Below are positions 23,899-36,506 of a DNA stretch of 64,000 nucleotides, piece by piece (the first letter of the stretch is position 1; every line of letters begins with the position of its first letter). The translations under genes were made by a program, and so were the position numbers. The stretch comes from Octopus vulgaris (Eukaryota): positions 11,346,001 through 11,410,000 of the forward strand of contig OX597834.1 of assembly GCA_951406725.2 (NCBI GenBank), given 5' to 3'. A model generated the notes under the pieces. The model was not told where the DNA came from. It was given only the letters and a program-made list of their open reading frames with translations, and did not search any database.

Positions 23899-24874
23899 GG
23901 TACTACCTAAGAAGAGTGGTCCCTGTGCGCGCACTCGCGTACTCGCGCATCCGCGCTAGCTCGTTGTGACTAGTCGATCCTTATTTTGTGTTTTTGTTTT
24001 ACTTTGTTAAAAAATATTGTGCTTTTGTTATTTATTTACATTGTTTAAAAAATATTATTTGTGTTTTTGTGATTTATTTTCATTGTTTAAAAAAAATGAC
24101 TTTCATTGTTAAAAAAAAAATGATTTAATTTGTTTAAAAAAAATGATTTAATTTGTTTAAAAAAAATGATTTAATTTGTTTAAAAAAAAAATGATTTAAT
24201 TTGTTTAAAAAAAATGATTTAATTTGTTTAAAAAAATGATTTAATTTGTTTAAAAAAAATGATTTAATTTGTTTAAAAAAATGATTTAATTTGTTTTAAA
24301 AAAATGATTTAATTTGTTTAAAAAAATGATTTAATTTGTTTAAAAAATGATTTAATTTGTTTAAAAAAATGATTTAATTTGTTTAAAAAAAATGATTTAA
24401 TTTGTTTAAAAAAAATGATTTAATTTGTTTAAAAAAATGATTTAATTTGTTTAAAAAAAAATGATTTTAATTTGTTTAAAAAATGATTTAATTTGTTTAA
24501 AAAAATGATTTAATTTGTTTAAAAAAAAATGATTTAATTTGTTTAAAAAAATGATTTAATTTGTTTAAAAAAAAATGATTTAATTTGTTTTAAAAAAAAT
24601 GATTTACATTGTTTAAAAAAAGATTTACTTTGTGTAAAAAAAGATTTACTTTGTGTAAAAAAAAAAAATATTTATTTTTTGTTTTATTTACTTTGTTTAA
24701 AAAAATATTGTGTTTTTGTGATTTATGTACATTGTTTAAAAACATTATTTACTTTGTGTAAAAAAAAATTATTTTGTGTTTTATTTGCTTTGCTAGGTAG
24801 TCGTTGTAGGATTGGCTAGTCACGACTAGCTAGCGCGAATGCGCGCACCGGGACCACTCTTCTTAAGTAGTACC
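23899..24874. mobile_element. Foldback/MITE-type DNA element with long GC-rich TIRs and an internal minisatellite
   Basis: GGTACTACCTAAGAAGAGTGGTCCCTGTGCGCGCA / TGCGCGCACCGGGACCACTCTTCTTAAGTAGTACC, with pairing extending about 70-80 bp; ATTATTAT on both sides (possible 8-bp TSD). Confidence 0.85.
24105..24620. repeat. 21-24-bp minisatellite (A6-9 TGATTTAATTTGTTT)n inside the foldback element
   Basis: More than 20 units; they vary mainly in A-run length. Confidence 0.95.
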
Positions 24875-25060
24875 ATTATTATAATTGCTCGTTATATCTT
24901 AAGCACAAAAGTCTGATATAGATTCGAAATGTCGAATTGGTAACACATAAGCTTTTGTTAAAACGCTAAATAGAGAAGCATATGGGGCTCTAATGACTGC
25001 GTTTACTGTTACTCAGTTAATCCACGGCGATCTGCTACGTAATGATATCGTCGGAATTTG

Positions 25061-25310
25061 GGATCCTTTCGGTTTGAACGGCAGTTTTTAACATTTCTAG
25101 GTAACTAAGAAATTTTAAACTTCCTATACTGGTAGAATGTATTTAGAAAACATGTTTCTCTCTTGGCTTTATTGAGAAAATTCTATAGTTTGTAAAGTAT
25201 TTGTCTTTTTTTCCCTCCAATTTCATCCAATCACTGACGTCTATTGAGGTAAAAAAAACATTCTGTGTCGTATGAATATGTCCCTCGTTTAAGAAACAGA
25301 TTGGGTTTAC
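25061..25310 (+). mobile_element. MITE family M, 5' part, truncated at a SINE
   Basis: GGATCCTTTCGGTTTGAACGGCAG start; homology stops at GGGTTTA where SINE family 2 begins. Confidence 0.85.
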
Positions 25311-25471
25311 TCTTTGCTCTTTTACTTGTTTCAGTCATTTAACTGCGGCCATGCTGGAGCACCGCCTTTTTTAGTCGAGAAAATCGACCCTAGAACTTAT
25401 TCTTTGTAAGCCTAGTACTTATTTTATCGGTCTCTTTAGCCGAACCACTAAATTATGGGGGGTGTAAACAG

Positions 25472-25504
<33 letters not shown>

Positions 25505-25665
25505 CGACAGGCTTCTTTCAGTTTCCGTATACCAAATCCACTTAGAAGGCTTTGGTCGGCCCGAGGCAATAGTAGGAAACACTTCTCCGAGGTGCACGCA
25601 GTGGGACTGAAACCGGGACTATGTGGTTGGTAAGCAGGCTACTATGCACACAGCCACTCTTGCGC
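25310..25665 (-). mobile_element. SINE family 2
   Basis: Reverse complement of family 2 with an internal deletion. Confidence 0.85.
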
Positions 25666-25888
25666 CGCGAACTTTCTTACATCTCTCTCTCTTTCGTTCT
25701 GAACAGACATGAAGACTTGAAATGGCGGCTGCATAATTCACTGATCTATTTCTTAATGAGTCGTAATCTCAAATCTGTTGCAAGTACATTATTTTGTATG
25801 ACGACTCGATACATGATTGAAACATTTCCCCAGTTAATCTAACTCTGAGCAACAGTATCATAATGTCGCAGCCTCTTAAATGGAGGAG

Positions 25889-26290
25889 GGCGGCGAACCG
25901 GCAGAATCGTTAGCACACCGGGTGAAAAGCTTAGCGGTATTTCGTCTGTCATTACGTTCTGAGATCAAATTCCACGGAGGTCGACTTTGTCTTTCATCCT
26001 CTTGGGATCGATTAAATAAGTACCAGTTACGCACTGGGGTCGATAAAATCGACTTAATTCGTTTGTCTGTCCTTGTTTGTCCCCTCTGTGTGCACCCCCT
26101 TGTGGGCAGTAAAGTGATAGGTATTTCGTCTGTATTTGCGTTCTGAGTTCAAAATTCGCCGAGGTTCAAATTTTCCTTTTCATCCTTTCGGAGTCGATAA
26201 ATTAAGTACCAGTTATGCACTAGGGTCGATGTAATCGACTAGCTCCTTTCCCCGTAAAATTTACAAGGCTTTGTGCCTAGACTAGAAATA
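25889..26290 (+). mobile_element. SINE family 1 dimer
   Basis: Full unit followed by a second unit restarting at GGTATTTCGTCTG. Confidence 0.85.
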
Positions 26291-26681
26291 TCTTAATAGG
26301 AGGCGTTGACAAGCGCTTACACAGTTCAGCCAAGAGGGAACAAATTCAAAAATCGAGAATCTGGAATGGTTCACAATGGCATGAATTAAGCCCCTTAAAA
26401 TACCAAGAAGCTCTAGTCCCATTAGAAATGTAGAGCTGAAAACTTCCCGAAATATTAGAACATAGTCTGCAACTTCAATGTGATGTGTAATATTATTTCA
26501 AAGCAAAGCAGACAACTGTGTGTGCATAAATACAGTTTTTTGAGTATTCATAAACATTCTTTCAGACTGAGTTTTAAAAATCAAGTTATACCAACTACAA
26601 ATATACAAAGACAGCCGGTAATCATAGAATTGCCTCCTGAGAATACAGCTCGTATTTTAATTCATCTTATATATATTATTA

Positions 26682-27072
26682 CTAGCAGTATCGCCCGGCG
26701 TTGCTCGGGTTTGTAAGGGAAATAACTATATAAGCATTTTTAGAGATGTAAAGTATAATAGCCATCTCAATATGGCTAACCACAAAGGGGGGGTACTGTA
26801 GCTTTTTACGTTCTGAGATTTAATAAAATTTTAGAGAGTTACTTCCCTTATATAGGCCAAAATGCATTAAAAATGGGAAAAATTGATGGTAATTTTTTTC
26901 TTAAAATCGTAGACTCATCGTAGACGCGCGCTAATACCCAGAAGGGCTCGATATGAATCACGACTATAAGATACCCGGTTTTGGTTAAACTGCATCGCAA
27001 AATGTGGGAGTAGTTAGGAATCTAAATCGTAGGAGACAGACAGCACGCAACCTCACTTTTATAATATAAAGA
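26682..27072 (-). mobile_element. Non-autonomous Helitron, family A
   Basis: Reverse complement of 11611-12010; A|CTAG...GA|T termini. Confidence 0.9.
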
Positions 27073-27075
27073 TAT

Positions 27076-27545
<470 letters not shown>

Positions 27546-28040
27546 ATTTTATTATAGTTAAATTATATAATCTTCATCCTTCTGAGTACAAATAAAAAAA
27601 TATTTCTATACCCATTACTTTACAATCAAAAATTTTTATATTATAATTAACTTAATCATCTTAAACTATTTAAAAATTTACTATATAAGATTTTTCCGTA
27701 CTTTCTGATCCTACATGATGTATCAGTCAATTTACATTCAACTCCGAAACTTGTTTACATTTTCCGTAGCAAAATATAGATTAAATCCAACGATTCTTGC
27801 CAACAGGAAATTCGTTAGATCCCAAGTACAATGTTTGTTTTTAGAGCTAAGTTAGGATCCCTATTTTAGCAGACACTCGGTTATTACGGTTTTACTTCAT
27901 CGCTATAACACCTTTGTAATAATGAAATGTTTAGAATATCTCTGACATAGGTCTGCCTTATTAGCGACGACTTCGGGTTACATGATAAAGTGTCATGTTA
28001 AAAATAATCCCGTTTCAAAGATCACATATAAATGAGTTCA

Positions 28041-28215
28041 CAGTTCTATATTTAAAAGATGAGGAATTTCGTACATTGTTTACAATTGACGGATATTTGT
28101 CCTCATCTTGCTTGTTGTTAAAACAACATTTCGGCTGATATACCCGCCAACCTATATCAGGTGTTTTGGGGGAAATTTAGAACCTGGGTTCTCATTCCTA
28201 AGGTATTTTTGATGA

Positions 28216-28246
<31 letters not shown>

Positions 28247-28571
28247 ATTATTATCATCATTATCATTCAGGTCACTGCCTGAAATCGAACTCGGAATCTT
28301 GGAGTTAGTAGACCGAGCTTTTAATCGCTACGCCATATGCCCGGGTATATTGCGTAGTGGTTAAGAGCGCGGGCTACTAATCCCAAGTTTCCGAATTCAA
28401 TTCCAGGCAGTGACCTGAATAATAATAATATCAAAAATACCTTAGGAATGAGAACCCAGGTTCAAAATTTCCCCCAAGGCACAGGATGAAGGCTGGCGGG
28501 TATACCAGCCGAAACGTTGTGTCAACAACAAAGATGAGGAGGATAAATATCCGTCAATTGTAAATAATGTA
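28041..28571. mobile_element. Palindromic tRNA-headed, hammerhead-tailed retroelement (Penelope-like, non-autonomous)
   Basis: Arms 28072-28342 and 28343-28571 are imperfect reverse complements centred on CCC|GGG. Each arm reads outward: tRNA-like head, (AAT/AAC)n, conserved body, hammerhead-like motif. Confidence 0.75.
28478..28523 (+). ncRNA. Degenerate minimal type I hammerhead ribozyme (right arm)
   Basis: GGCAC-[AG]GATGA-A-GGCTGG(cgggtata)CCAGCC-GAAA-CG-TT-GTGTC; core CT is replaced by AG. The left arm retains CTGAT on the minus strand (about 28118-28165). Confidence 0.6.
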
Positions 28572-28905
28572 AATTAGTTCATTTTTCTTATTCATCTCAG
28601 GAAAATCATGAAATATGTATCGGTATATTTTGGAGTAATACAATCGTTTATTAACCGTCTGTATTTCAATAAAAAAAAAGTCGTTCGCGACATAATTTGA
28701 ACTTAGAGCGTGAAGTTATTACATACGACATTCTACCGCTTTTGCCATCAACCAAGCATGTGAGAGAAAAGCCCCCTTTGCACTAATGTGACGAATACCA
28801 CATAGTTACCCCTAATATACTCATAGACGACGCTGACTCTGACGTCATTGAAACTCAGAAGTAAGGCATTTGTTCTTCGATCTGTCTATACAGTTAACCC
28901 ACTTA

Positions 28906-29309
28906 GGCAGCGAGCTGGCAGACACGTTAGCGCATCGGGCGAAATGCTTAGCGGTATTTCGTCTGTCGTTACGTTCGGAGTTCAAATTCCGCCGAGGTCG
29001 ACTTCGCCTTTCATCCTTTCGGGGTCGATAAATAAAGTACCAGTTTCGCACTGGGGTCGATGTAACCGACTTAATCCCTTTGTCTGTCCTTGTTTGTCCC
29101 CTCTGTGTTTAGCCCCTTGTGGGTAATAAAGAAATAGGTATTTCGTCTGTCGTTACTTTCGGAGTTCAAATTCCGCCGAGGTCGACTTCGCCTTTCATCC
29201 TTTCGGGGTCGATAAATAAAGTACCAGTTACGCACTGGGGTCGATGTAATCGACTTAATACCTATGTCTGTCCCCTCTATGTTTAGCCCCTTGTGGGTTA
29301 TAAAGAAAT
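28906..29309 (+). mobile_element. SINE family 1 dimer
   Basis: Two units; CAGTTAACC on both flanks. Confidence 0.9.
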
Positions 29310-29919
29310 ATATTCAGTTAACCTATTGACCCTCCCGTCGACTTCTTCACTAAATACGCTAAGAAGAATGTTGTTGCGTTTACTGTTTGTAATTTTGTTT
29401 AATGAAATCGGTTCCATTTACCCCGATCCCACCTCTGATTCCTGTCTTAATTTTGATCATTTGTGCAGAAAATCAAAATGTAACATCTTTGAAGAGGGAT
29501 CACGTTTCGTTGTTACTCTCATATGAACTTGTGCTGGACAACAACTTCAACAAAAGGTACGAGAAAACGTTCCGGTCAACAAATATGAATTTAATTCTAA
29601 TTCCCTGATATTAGGCTGTGTTAACAACAAACAAGATGAGGATAAATATCCGTCAATTGTAAATAATGTAAATGAGTTCATTTTTCTTATTCATCTCAAG
29701 AAAATCATGAAATATGTATCGGTATATTTTGGAGTGATACAATCGTTTATTAACCGTCAGTATTTCAAGCATTGAGAGAAAAAAAAAGAAGTCGTTCGCA
29801 TAGAAGTAGGACAGAAAACAAACATGTGTATCATGACCTAGGTGTGGATAACCTTGGTATTGAGGCCTACCCGATCCAGGAGGTCAGCATGAGAAGTAAA
29901 TGTCATTGAATGATTGACT

Positions 29920-30311
29920 TTACTCGTTTACTTGTTTCAGTCATTTGACTGCGGCCATGCTGGAGCACCGCCTGTAGTCCGGCAAATCGACCCCCAGGAC
30001 TTATTCTTTGTAAGCCAAGTACTGTACTTATTCTATCGGTCTCTGTTGTCGAACCGCTAGGTTACGGGGACGTAAACACACAAGCATCGGTTGTCAAGCG
30101 ATGTTGGGGGGGGGACAAACACAGACACACACACACACATATATACATATATACGACAGGCTTCTTTCAGTTTCTGTCTACCGAATCTACTCACAGGAGT
30201 TTGGTCGGACCGAGGCTATAGTAGAAGACACTTGCCCAAGCTGCCATGCAGTGGGACTGAACCCGAAACCATATGGTTGGTAAGCAATCTACTTACCACA
30301 CGGCCACTCCT
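29920..30311 (-). mobile_element. SINE family 2
   Basis: Reverse complement, full length. Confidence 0.9.
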
Positions 30312-30589
30312 CTGCTTAATTAATAATTTTATTCTTTTTTGTTCACATTTATAGTTCTTTTAGCAAAAATATAAATGGAAAAGTACCCCACGTAATTCTT
30401 TTTCAATGTCATTGCCACGTGGCTGATAAAGTGTGCTTTGCTCAAACAAAAAACGAAACCATTATGCAAGTTATATGTACCAAGAATAACCTCTTTCTGA
30501 ATTGTGCTTGGACATACTGTAGAGTTAATTCAAAATTTCACGTTTCACAATATGAAACTATGAAACATTTTTTAAATATTTACCAACGA

Positions 30590-30920
30590 CTATTTCTCAT
30601 AGGAGGGGGTAGCCACAACGGGACGCACACCAGGTAGTCCATTCATTTCCCAGTTCAAAGAGGTGAACCCCGTCCTATGCTCGAGTCAAGGCATAGAAAG
30701 TGCCCACGATATCACCAGCGGGGTCCGAGAGCACATGATGGTTTACCTCAGCCGCATCATCCTGGTTCCGTATCCCTTTGAGCAACATCAATTCACTAAT
30801 CCGTCCGCAAACACTCTCCAAGCTTTCCAACCATTTATAAACCCTCTTGCCTCTCTCACTCCAATACCTCTAACCGCCAAAGCTTTCCTCACTCCATCCA
30901 TCCATTCATCCGCTCAAACA
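30590..30920 (-). mobile_element. RTE/RTE-X LINE 3' fragment
   Basis: Minus frame EWMDGVRKALAVRGIGVREARGFINGWKAWRVFADGLVN* fits the RTE C-terminal WxDxVxxxL...WR pattern; a GC-richer 3' UTR follows. Confidence 0.6.
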
Positions 30921-31583
30921 TTTTAGAGGCGACGTATATCAAAGGGAAGTGCGTGTGTATGTTTGTGAGTAACATTTAATACTTATTTTCTAGTCGTTAC
31001 AACACCGTGGAAGCAAAAAGGTTAATAGGGGCCACGTTGTGAATGACCTTTCTCGTTCCTTTCAAGGGGCCTATTCCAAAAGAGAGGAGAAATGGACCCC
31101 AGTATTTAACTAGTAGTTTATCGATATCTAAAGGTCAAAAGTTGATGTTCACCGCGACGGAATAGGAACTCAGAGAGAAGGGTGTAGGAAAATTAACATA
31201 ATGCAGTTCTTCTAACATTATAATGACTCTGCCAATTCACTATAATCTTATATTTATTCGTTAATTAAAGATGTAGAATGGAAAGACAATTTTAGCGTTA
31301 ATGATAATTCTGCTTAAGGAAACCAAGGTAGACAACCCTAAATACAAAAAAACTGTTAAAATGAAACCTGCTTCTTTAGTCTCTTACATCTTTCAGACAT
31401 GGACTGCACCCATGCTGGGGCATCGTCTGGAAGGGTTTAGTCGAACTAATTGCACCCGGTATTCATTTCTTAAAGTGTGATACATAATTTATCGGTCTCT
31501 TTTGTTGAGTCGTTATGTTACGAGAACTTAAACCAACACACAGTGTCAAGGGATGATGGTGGGAGAAACACATACACACCCAC

Positions 31584-31703
31584 ATACATATATACATATG
31601 TATATACATACATACGTATGTATATATACATACATATATGTATATATATACATACATATATATATACATACATATATATATACATACATATATACATAGA
31701 TAC

Positions 31704-31748
<45 letters not shown>

Positions 31749-31867
31749 CATAGATACATATATATACATAGATACATATATATACATAGATACATATATA
31801 TACATACATACATATATATATATATACATACATACATACATATATATATACATACATACATACATAT

Positions 31868-31910
<43 letters not shown>

Positions 31911-31941
31911 CATACATACATACATACATATATATATACAT

Positions 31942-31978
<37 letters not shown>
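31584..31978. repeat. (TA)n/(TACA)n compound microsatellite
   Basis: Seen directly; adjoins a diverged minus-strand family 2 SINE remnant (about 31385-31580). Confidence 0.95.
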
Positions 31979-32149
31979 ACCTCTCTTCACCTTTGGGAGA
32001 GCTAGGTCGGTATTCATACTGCATTCAGTGAAGGCTAATCTTTCATAACCGTAACTGTAGCAGCAACCATTATCAGTTTATTCCCACCATAAGAAAAAGT
32101 TCTCTGGTGAGAGAAATGAAGCCATGATTGTATTATTATTATTATAAAA

Positions 32150-32478
32150 GCGGAGAGTTGGCAGAAACGGTAGCACGTCGGGCGAAATGCTTAGCGGTAT
32201 TTCGCCTGCCGTTACGTTGTGAGTTCTAATTCCGCCGAGGTCGACTTTGCCTTTCATCCTTTCGGGGTCGATAAATTAAGTACCTGATACGCACTGCGGT
32301 CGATATAATCGAATTAATCCGTTTGTCTGTCCTTGTTCGTCCCCTCTGTGTTTGGCCCCGTGTGGGTAGTAAAGAAATAGGTATTTCGTCTGTTTTTTTT
32401 TTATATTCTGAGCTCAAATTCACCCGAGGTCGACTTTAAGTTTCATAGTTTCGGCATCGATAAATTAAGTACCAGTTT
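32150..32478 (+). mobile_element. SINE family 1, about 1.5 units
   Basis: Collinear with family 1. Confidence 0.88.
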
Positions 32479-32787
32479 GTTTGGCCCATCGTCAGCACTG
32501 ATCGGGCAAACATCATTATTCTCGACATTCAAAGCGTATCTTGTTTATATTTTTCCCAAGCGTAGAATATCTAGATCTACAAAATTCAGTATGTTCTTTT
32601 TCTAAAGAAGCATATACGCTATACAATTTAGGGTAGATTTTGCTGCTAATTTTAGCCGGACAAAATCCATGTAGACGCTCATAGATTGGTTCTAGAAGTC
32701 TTTGTCGCTGATTAGATCATTTAGCATCTATTTTGTAAGCTCTGTCGCAATGCTACTACAGCTTACGTCAGTTACCAAGCTACTCTC

Positions 32788-33020
32788 TTATTTCTTTATT
32801 GCCCACAAGGGGCTAAACATAGAGGGGACAAACAAGGACAGACAAACGGATTAAGTCGATTATATCGACCCCAGTGCGTAACTGGTACTTATTTAATCGA
32901 CCCCGAAAGGATGAAAGGCAAAGTCGACCTCGGCGGAATTTGAACTCAGAACGTAACGGCAGACGAAATACGGCTACACATTTCGCTCGGCGTGCTAACG
33001 TATCTGCCAGCTCGCCGCCT
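32788..33020 (-). mobile_element. SINE family 1
   Basis: Near-consensus reverse complement. Confidence 0.92.
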
Positions 33021-33311
33021 CTTCTCTGATAACTACCAATGATTTGTCTTGACTACAGACCCACCAGTAACGTTTATCGTACTATAGAGATCGGCTAGGT
33101 TACAAATACTTTATTCTATGCCTTAAATGCAACGCATTTTGTTAGTTTATGTTTTATGTTTTCCAGTTTCAGCTCTTGAGCTGTGGCCATGCTGGGGCAC
33201 CGCCATAGTGGAAAGGTTACTTAAAATCCTCTTCCGCTCACTGACAACGTGTGTTAGCAGCCGGCTGCATTTATTGATAGATGACCATCAATAAAGTAAT
33301 CTATTATTACA

Positions 33312-33682
33312 TTTTCGGTTTGAACGGCAGTTTTTTTCTAGCGGTGTCATTATGACCCAAGTATCGATCTATTGCATTTCAATCTATTTTAGGGTTAGGG
33401 GTAGGGAGAAGCGTATCTTCTTCACAAATGTAAATAAACCCAATCTGTTTCTTAAACGAGGGACATATTCATACGGCACAGAATATTTTTTTTACCTCAA
33501 TAAACGTCACTGATTGGTTGAAATTGAAGAAAAAAAAACACATATCTTACAAACTATAGAATTTTCTCAATAAAGCCAAGAGAAAAAGATGTTTTATAAA
33601 CACATTCTACCAGTATACGAAGTTTAAAATTTTTTAGTTACCTAGAAATTGTTACAAACTGCTGTTCAAACCGAAAAGATCC
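33312..33682 (-). mobile_element. MITE family M, reverse orientation
   Basis: Both TIRs present; internal TTAGGGTTAGGGG. Confidence 0.88.
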
Positions 33683-34086
33683 AAATTTTCTTCAATGGCA
33701 TGTGCATATGTGTTTGTAGCTGTCGTTTAGCCTTCATCTAAGAGTTACTGTGAGCAGATGTATTATCAGAAACATTCCATCAGTGAGTGTACCACCTTCA
33801 TTTTTTTACAAATCGATCATTATACAATCAACCTTGTACTTTCTTATTTTAAAACAAAATAGCATCGCTTTTTCAACGATGCGCCGCGGTTCGTTAGGGC
33901 CCTTTGTTGTACCGATGGACTATCTATGTACCACCCGGATATTTAAAAATATACACAGTCGCTTAAGAGGTCACAGGACGTGTGAATAAATATTTCAAAC
34001 AAAGGACACTAAAAAAAGAATAATCATAATATAGCTGAAGTGAAGAACGGGTATGCAGTGCGTGTGGTTAATTGGCCATATACATA

Positions 34087-34140
<54 letters not shown>

Positions 34141-34530
34141 CTAGCAGTATCGCCCGGCGTTGCTCGGGTTTGTAAGGGAAATAACTATATAAGCATTTTT
34201 AGAGTTATAGCAAAAAAAATGCATTAAAAATGGGAAAAAAATGATGGTAAATTTTTTTTTTTTTCATTGACTCATCGTAGACATTTTTAGAGAGTTACTT
34301 CCCTTATATAATAGCGAAAAAATGCATTGAAATGGAAAAAAAATTATAGTAATTTTTTTTTTTAATCGTAGACTCATCGTAGACGCGCGCTAATACCCAG
34401 AAGGGCTCGATATGAATCACGACTATAAGATACCCCGTTTTGGTTAAACTGCACCGCAAAATGTGGGAGTAGTTAGGAATCTAAATCGTAGGAGACAGAC
34501 AGCACACAACCTTACTTTTATATATAAAGA
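34141..34530 (-). mobile_element. Non-autonomous Helitron, family A
   Basis: A|CTAGCAGTATCGCCCGGCGTTGCTCGGG...TATATAAAGA|T; inserted in (TA)n. Confidence 0.9.
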
Positions 34531-34984
34531 TATATGACCATAGGGAATTGCGGTTATTTGACTTGGAATGAAATTTTGCTCAAAGTTTTCTTGTTTTACT
34601 CCAGCTTCTATCTATACAGCATTAAGTGCAAGGGAAAAAGGGGACTTCCTTTTGATCACTCAGCAATTGTGAGGGAAGGGGTAAGTCCCTAACATCGACT
34701 TCAGTACACGATTGGTATTTATTTTATTGACACTGAGAAGACGAAAGGCACAGACAATCTCTGAAACATTTGAACTCAAAAGAAAAAGCGCCAGAAGAAA
34801 TATCGCTAAGCACATTGTCCGACGCGGTAACGAATCTATCACCTCGCTGTCTCCCAAACTCATATAAACAGGGGGTGGACCAAAGCAGGTATGCATTTGG
34901 TTAATATGAATGGGATGTTCTTTTGCTCTGCCTTCTTTTGTCTATTCCCTTTTTAGGATAAGTATTCTATAATAAGTATAGGAT

Positions 34985-35148
34985 AGGCGCAGGAGTGGCT
35001 GTGTGGTAAGTAGCTTGCTAACCAACCACATGGTTCTGGGTTCAGTCCTACTGCGTGGCATCTTGGGCAAGCGTCTTCTGCTATAGCCCCGGGCCGACCA
35101 ATGCCTGGTGAGTAGATTTGGTAGACAGAAACTGAAAGAAGCCTGTCG

Positions 35149-35179
<31 letters not shown>

Positions 35180-35390
35180 TTGTGTGTCTGTGTTTGTTCC
35201 CCTAGCATTGCTTGACAACCGATGCTGGTGTGTTTACGTACCCGTCACTTAGCGGTTCGGCAAAGAGAGACCGATAGAATAAGTACTGGGCTTACAAAAA
35301 GAATAAGTCCCGGGGTCGAGTTGCTCGACTAAAGGCGGTGCTCCAGCATGGCCGCAGTCAAATGACTGAAACAAGTAAAAAGAGAAAAGA
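34985..35390 (+). mobile_element. SINE family 2
   Basis: Full length; GATAAGTATTC on both flanks. Confidence 0.9.
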
Positions 35391-35537
35391 TAAGTATTCA
35401 ATAATTTTATAATTAGTTCAAATGATCATTGAATCCTAAAATTCTCATCCTGAAAAAGAAACAGAGAAAGGAAAAAAAAAAGAAAGAAACTCATATTAAG
35501 CAATTGCATACCGTGTTTGGTTAGTTTTGTCTACTAC

Positions 35538-35755
35538 GGGCTCTTTTGCCGAACCGCAAAGTTACGGGAACGTAAACACACCAGCATCGGTTGTCAAACT
35601 ATGGTGTAGGGACAAACACGGAGACAAAAGCACACATATACGACTGGCTTCTTTCAGTTTCCATCTACCAAATCCACTCACAAGCCTTTGGTCGGCCCGA
35701 GGCTATAGTAGAAGACATTCGCCCAAGGTGCCACGCAGTCGGACTGAACCCGGAA
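35538..35755 (-). mobile_element. SINE family 2, partial
   Basis: Reverse complement of the central part. Confidence 0.8.
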
Positions 35756-36474
35756 TCTCACACCCCATCCTGCTAATGCATATTTCATTAATACCAATGT
35801 GTATAAAAACAAAAGGACATTCTTGACGTGATTTGAACCCAGGATCTCAGTATGTATTGTTACTGCTCAATTGATTATTTCGCACGTGTAATGGTTGTTG
35901 TCATTTAGCCCCAGGACAACATTGATCAACAGAAATATTTTATGAAAGACCTTCCAGTCCAGACATTTATGTCTTGTTCCTAAGTGCAGAAGATACAGAA
36001 CTACATTGGTCATTGTGTGCTGTCCTAAGACAGTGATAGTGGAATCTAGATAGAACTGGCTGCTTATTTATCGCACGTCGAGTGACCATGTTGCGGCTAC
36101 TTTGCTGCCAGACATTTCAAGTAGCGGTGGTGTTGATATGAATGATGCAACCGATTCAGTCGAAGCCTATATTAAATCAGAACTTTATTTCATCGGACCG
36201 TTAGACTTAATGACAAGGTAGCTCTGGGTAGGGGTCAGTCTGAATGTAAATGTCTAGAAATACACACACACATACATACATGCATATGACTCCCTGACAG
36301 AATATAGTGTTTTTACTTCAAATTTTTATTAACTTTTACTGATATTTGATAAGATGAGAGTACTCATCGAAACCGATAATATTTTCTTTATATAACTTCT
36401 AAATCATTTTATTAAATTCCATCTTAAATTTAAAAGTCTTAGATTTACTGTTATGCTATTTCCATCTCCATCTT

Positions 36475-36502
<28 letters not shown>

Positions 36503-36506
<4 letters not shown>

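Noticed and set aside
28343-28418. Functional tRNA gene
   Set aside because: Acceptor stem pairs poorly, the B-box is mutated in this arm, there is no immediate oligo-T terminator, and it is embedded in a repeat; treated as a SINE-like head.
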